Source: Thraustochytrium aureum
Lineage: Eukaryota
NCBI GenBank assembly: GCA_012862495.1
Contig: BLSG01000345.1
Span: 65,624-129,623 of the forward strand
Length of the DNA: 64,000 nt
Direction of reading: 5' to 3'
Shown here: piece by piece, positions 58,401-64,000 of the stretch
Numbering within the stretch: the first letter of the stretch is position 1
Layout of the letters: the number at the start of each line of letters is the position of its first letter
Notes under the pieces: model-generated
Databases searched by the model: none
Told to the model about the DNA's origin: nothing
Seen by the model: the letters and a program-made list of their open reading frames with translations, nothing else
Program-made: the position numbers and the translations under genes

Positions 58401-61400
58401 GGAGAAAAGTTCTTTGACGAGCAGCCCATTATCCGCGACTGGCCCTACAACGCGAACGGCTCTACTGTAGTCATGCCGTCACAGAGTTGGGAGGACGGCG
58501 TGATTCTTGGCCTGGACGACAACCCGTTCGACATTCGCCGCAACACTCTCGTTGAGCGCCTCAGAAGCTTTGTCAACTCGGAAGGGCTCGCGGACCCCAT
58601 TCGCGTGCTGGCCAACTCGTCCTACTTTTCGCAGTTCTTGAAGCTGCAGGAAGACGGCTCGGTGGACCTTGACATCGACTTGAGGCAGTTCGTTCCGGAG
58701 TTCAACACAACCATAGTGGAGGGCGGCAAGCTGTTTGTGACGCGATTCCGCTTGAACCAGGTCGAGAACGCCAAATTCGCGTTGTTCCGTGAGTACGACG
58801 ACCTGAGCATGTTTACCACCGCCCACGACGCGACATTCAACTATGCCCTCAACGCCTCGCTCGACCTGATCCTTGAGACCGATGGCGACTTTGTGGGCGA
58901 CACTCCAGGCACCACTGCGCGGGAGGAACTGCGTATCGACTTTTTCGTGGAGGGCCTAGAGGTGGACGCCGTCACCTTCCTCGCTGTGGACCTGGACCAA
59001 GTGCGCCTGCTTGAGATCGACACGTTTGTAAACGTCACCATGATCAACGGGACCCAAGTCTTTGACCTGCGGCCTGAGGCCCTTGCCTGCATGCTCAAGC
59101 CCGTCTATGGCAACGGCACCGGGCTTCCTGGGTTTCAGATATCCTACAGCAAGATCACCCGGGCCACCGTCGTGCCGGTCAATGGCGACATTGAGGCATC
59201 CAAGCTCTTTACGGACGGCGGCGCCGAGGTTGCTGGCGCCCTGCTCGACAGCCTCGTTGAGGTCTACAGGAGGGAAATGCCAGATATCACGCAAGGCCCG
59301 CTCCGCGAGACTCTGGAAGAGAACCTTCTCGAGACGTTTCGCGACGTCCAGAGCGACGAGAGCGAATCGTGTCCCGAACCCGCAGCCCCGCCCCTCTCGG
59401 AATCCGAGCGCTTCTTCAACTTCCACACGTCCGACCAGATCCTCGAGGCATACAACTTTGTGGAGACCGAGTTGCTCGCGAAGGACAGCCCCTTCAACCT
59501 GAACGTACTGTTGGGTGCAGCTCTCGTGGGCGCCTTTGACGACGTCGAGTACCAGCTGCGTAATTTGCCGCTCTCCTACAACCAGGACAGCTTTGGGACC
59601 TTCTCCATCGAGGTGCAAAACATCAAGGTCACAGGACTCGACTCGATAGACTCGATCATGCTCTTCGACTGGCGCCCGGTCGCCGCCGAGGCGAACGAGG
59701 ACTACCCTGCGGACCTCGCGATGTACACATCGCGCACCTCGCTCTCGACTGGGTCCGGGAACACCGACGTCGAGATCGAATTCGACCTCAAGCTGGTTGT
59801 GGACGACCTGTTCATTGACCGGCCCGACATGGCCGAAAGTGACGACGGCCGGCTCGTCCGCGTTCAAAACGATCTCCGCATCAAGTTTGCGTTTTCCTCG
59901 ATCAACGTCACGATGGACACGGTGACCAAGATGGACATCCCGACCATGCTAAACTTGCGTCTCGAGTCCTTCCTGGACCTGGTACAGTACCCGTGCCTGC
60001 TTGAGGCTTTCGACAAGGGGGGGCTCCAAATCTTGGCGTTCCAGCTTGCGTTTGGCTCGGTGCGCGCGCAGATGACGTGCGTCGGGGTTTGCAACTCGCC
60101 CGACCTCGCCGCACTCCAAGACGGCAACGCCAAAGAGAACACGGACCTGAACGACGCAATCACCAAGGGGGTCGAGACCGCGGTGGGCCTGCTCAACACG
60201 TACATCAAGTCCGGCGAGTTCAACGAAGTCCTCGAGAACGAGATCGACGTCTCGACAACCAACTGCATCAACATCAACGACGAAGGCGCGGACAACATCA
60301 AGGTCGAGGAGAACCCTGTTGCAAAGTACATGGGCCTCGTGGGGCTGAGCGGGATCCTGGCTGCTTCGGTGGCCTTCGCAGCGCTGATTCCACTGCACTT
60401 GAAGCGGCGCGACAACATAATCCGCCAAGCGCTTCTGGCCTCAGTGGCCAAGGGCGATGCGCAACAAGCAGCATTTGTGCTCCAAGAGCGCAAGCTCAAG
60501 TCGGCGTTCCAGCACCCCGCCACTCCCAGTGTGTGGCGGTACGCTGTCCCACTCTGGGTCTTGATCAACATCATCCTCTTCGTGACGGCCAACTTTTTCG
60601 CAATCGGCGCCGCGGTGCAGCTCAAGCTCGGCCTCTTTGGCGACACCACCAAGCCCCTCGACTTGCTTGCGTTCACCTTGGAGAGCTCTATTGACGACAT
60701 GTGGAGTGCCGGGACGTACTTTTTGTCGATCGCGATCGCCCTGGCGTCGGGAGGCTGGCCGTACATCAAGAGCATGATGTTGCTGTTCGCTTGGTTCGCG
60801 CCTGCGACAGTGATGAGCTCCAAGCGGCGCGGTGGGCTTCTCGAGATCCTTGACGCGCTCGGCAAGTGGTCGCTTATCGATGTGTACGTACTCATCATGC
60901 TGACCGTGGGCTTTCGCTTCTACATCACCTCCTCGTACGTGGGCGGGCTGGAAACTATCCTTCCAGACGGCGCCGTCATCGTTGACGTGGTCGTGACTCC
61001 CGGGTGGGGGATCTACGGGTTTTGCCTCGGCGCCATCGGCAGCCTCTTCGTCAACCACGTCATGATCTACATCAACCGCAACATCATGCTGGCTGACGAG
61101 ATCTTCCAAGACAAACTGCTCGGCGTTTACGTGGCCGAGACGCCCACGACCAAGGTACCCGTGAGCAAGTACCGCTTTGCAGCGGCCGACGCCCGCGGCC
61201 GGGTCTACGGGTTTGGCCCCGGCACAAAGCTCTCGATGGGGGCCCTCCTCGTGCTCACCTTTATCCTGATCATCACCGGCGCCGTCGTGCCCCTCCTCAC
61301 GTTCGAGTTCCTTGGTATCGCGGGGCTTGCCATCAACTTTATCAACCCTGAGCTCTCCACCGTGACGTACTCGCTCGCGAGTATTGCGACGGCCATTGTA

Positions 61401-62099
61401 GACGGCTCGGACCCCGCGGCCATCACCAGACTGGGCATCCTCTTTCTCCAGATTGTCTATCTCGCCTTCGCGCTGATCGTCCCGCTACTCCTTATCCTGT
61501 GCTTCGCCGTGCTGTGGTACGCGCCGCTGCGCCTACGGGAGCAGCGCAAGCTGTTGTTTGTCGCCGAGATCCTTGGCGCATGGGAGGCTCTCATGGTCTT
61601 TGTGCTCAGTGTTGTGGCGGCCATCTTGCAGATTAGCGAGTTGGCCCAGTTCATTGTCCGCAACTCAACGGGAAGCCTCTGTGCCAACCTGGAGCAGGGT
61701 CTGCTGAACCGAGACGTGGCTGCCAGCGATGCCAAGTGCTTTGACGTGAAAGCCTCGCTCGAGCCGCCTGGCATGATCCTCATTGTCGGCTCATTTCTCC
61801 TTGTTGTGACCGCGTTCTTCATGTTCCGACTTGTCGGCTGCGTCGTTCACGACAGGTACCTGCAAAACAAGAAGAAGGTCTGCTACAACCCGCAGGAGTG
61901 GGAGCAGCGGTGGTCGGGTCGCCAGTACGTCATGCGGTACCTCACCGTGCCTGTTGCGCGAATCAACGTCGTTCGCGACACCACATCCGCGACGCAGGTT
62001 GTTGCCTCTCGGTTTGCTGAGGGTGACGATTTTGACCGAAGCAGCCACAACCCTCTGTTTGGCAAGATTGGCTCGCAGTCGCCCAACATCGACGTCTGA
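55417..62099 (+). CDS. Giant signal-peptide protein with four tandem luminal repeats and C-terminal double PqiA/LetA-like membrane domain; frameshift ~56020-56040
   Basis: Signal peptide MAPRVSLLAVVLAFCSAAWLASG. ORF 55417 overlaps the 2025-aa ORF 56022. TM region from ~60325. PqiA-type motifs FTLESSIDDMW, WPYIK, LEILDALGKWSLIDVYV, then a second repeat YSLASIATAI...ILGAWEALMVFV. Confidence 0.85.
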
Positions 62100-62278
62100 T
62101 TCTTCGCCCCCCCCCCATCCCTCCCCGCTGCGCGCGCGTTTAAAAAATAAATAATTGCATCTGCACGCGCGAAAATCATTTCTTCCGTTCTCAAACTCTG
62201 CTTCTGATGACCCACCGCTGCGTTGCCAGTTCGGCTTGGACGACGACTTGGATGAGCTGATGCGATCGAGGGTGGACC

Positions 62279-64000
62279 CTACAAGCTCGCTCGCCGAGGC
62301 TCTTCCTCCCTCGGGGCGTGGGTTGCAACGTAGTTCTCGGGGTCGATGTGGAGCATCTTGGCCCAGTACTCGATGCAGGTGGAGCTCCAGTTGTTGACGA
62401 CCTGGCCGGTGCTGGTCTTGTACCAGCTTGTGCACGAGTCGTTGTCAAACATGGTCTTCTTGAGATCCGCTTGGAGGCGCTCGAAATCGCGTTCGTAGGC
62501 CGCCTCTTTGACTTGCAGAGAGGAGATGTTGTGGTCGAGCATGTGCTCAAGGAGCCCGAGGATGTAGTTCGCTTGGCATTCAATCATGAATATCTGCTCC
62601 AGGAGCGCGGTCAGTTTGATTCGAGTCCTACTAGTCAAGCAAAAACCCCGCGGCCATGAGCGAGCGGGGACGACAGGCACCAACATAGCGAGCGCACTTA
62701 CGATGGAGGCATGGCCCAAGTTGGAGCCTGGCCCGTATGTCACCCAAAAGTTGGGCAAGCCAGCGACGGCGCAGCTCTTGAACGCATGGGGGACGCCAGC
62801 CCACATATCCTTGAGCGATTCTCCGCCAGCGCGCGAAACCGTCAAGCTCCCAAGGAAGTCGGTTGAGCGAAACCCCGTGGCGTAGATGAGCGCATCGCAG
62901 GGCACTTTGCGCCCGTCTGCGAACTCGACCTCGCGCGGGTGAACCCTGGCAATGCCCTCTGTCTCGAGCTCAACGTTAGGGAGGGCAAACATCGGGATCC
63001 AGTCGCTGGTTAGTGCAACGCGTTTGCAAGTGAGCGGGTACGTCGGGACGACCTTGTCCCGCAGCTCGGCGCGCTTGCTGCCGAGCTGCTCGAGGATCTG
63101 GCCCCTCACCAAGCTTCGGATCCATTTGTTGGTCGTGTTGAGCGTCCAGGAGGGAACAAGCACGAAGAAGAGGAGCTCGTTGGTCGCCATCTGCAGCGCG
63201 CGCTTGGCCCAGGCAGGCCCGGGATGTTCATCAAGGCCCAGCGGAACCACTTCGGGTAAGCATAGTCATTTTTCTCCATGGTCCAAACCGGGGAACGTTG
63301 GACCACGCGGAGGCTCTTGCACAAAGGGGCGATTGCCGGAAACGCCTGGATCGCAGAGGGCCCCGTGCCGATTCCCACAATATTTTTCCCTTTCAGCTGG
63401 AAGCCATGGTCCCACTCCGCCGTGTGGAATGCGACGCCTTGGAATTCGTCAATTCCGGGCAGCTCGGGGATACTGGGGCGGTCGAGTTGGCCCACCGCGC
63501 TGATGAAGACCGTGAAAGCGGCGGTCTTCGATTCCCCGGCCGCGTTGGTCCATTCGAGCTCCCAGCCCTTGTAGCCGCGCTCCGCGTGGAATGTAGCGCG
63601 CTCAATCTTGCAGTGAAACTGCGTGACCTCGGCGAGGCCGTGCTTTTTCGCGACGTGGTTGATGTACATCAAGATTTCGTCGCGTTTGGCCCAGACCCGC
63701 GACCAGTCGAACATCTTCTCGAACGAAAAGCTGTACCAGTGGCTCGGTACATCGCAGGCTGCGTCCGGGTACGAGTTCTTGAGCCACGTCCCGCCAAACT
63801 CGCCCTCTCGCTCAAAGATCGTGACAGGGATCCCCGCGCGTTTCAGCTTGATGGCCAGGCACATGCCGCTGAACCCGGCCCCGCACACCGCGACCGAGAA
63901 CCCGGCCTGTTCGCACAAGCGCATCCTTCGGGCCCTCTCCCTTTCTTCTCTCCATCTATTCACCGCATCAACCACGGCCGCCGTGCCGGCCGCCGCGACC
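62279..64000 (-). CDS. Baeyer-Villiger-type flavin monooxygenase (5' end may lie beyond the window); intron 62594-62701, frameshift ~63215
   Basis: GAGFSG, GGTWLKNSYPDAACDVPS, FQGVAFHTAEWD (FxGxxxHxxxW[P/D] fingerprint), GTGPSAIQ, ATGF, PNFW..YGPGSNLGHASI|IFMIECQ, CTSWY...NNW. Confidence 0.93.

Overview
GC-rich, gene-dense, intron-poor eukaryotic DNA, not prokaryotic. Evidence: GT-AG introns with GTAAGT donors and CTRAC-type branch points, plus CDC5L, RBX1, CK1 and MAPK15. Ciliary genes, glutamine synthetase III and a fungal-HIS4-like HisIE point to a flagellated protist, probably a heterotrophic stramenopile such as a labyrinthulomycete (inference). The draft scaffold has 11 N-gaps and more than a dozen single-base frameshifts, mostly at short homopolymers and including conserved housekeeping genes; these look like sequencing errors. 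About 20 protein-coding genes can be reconstructed. No rRNA, tRNA, CRISPR or intact transposon was seen. Two genes stand out. (1) A roughly 2,200-aa signal-peptide protein (55417-62099) has four tandem ~300-aa luminal repeats fused to a double PqiA/LetA-type membrane module; it is a candidate single-chain eukaryotic analogue of bacterial PqiAB/LetAB lipid transport. (2) A roughly 2,500+-aa protein (1732-9706, minus strand) combines an ATP-grasp-like region, a Cys cluster, a motor-less dynein microtubule-binding domain, an NDRG-like pseudo-hydrolase, IQ motifs, SAM and ankyrin repeats; one of its three ORF joins is shown by a 12-bp overlap across a false gap.
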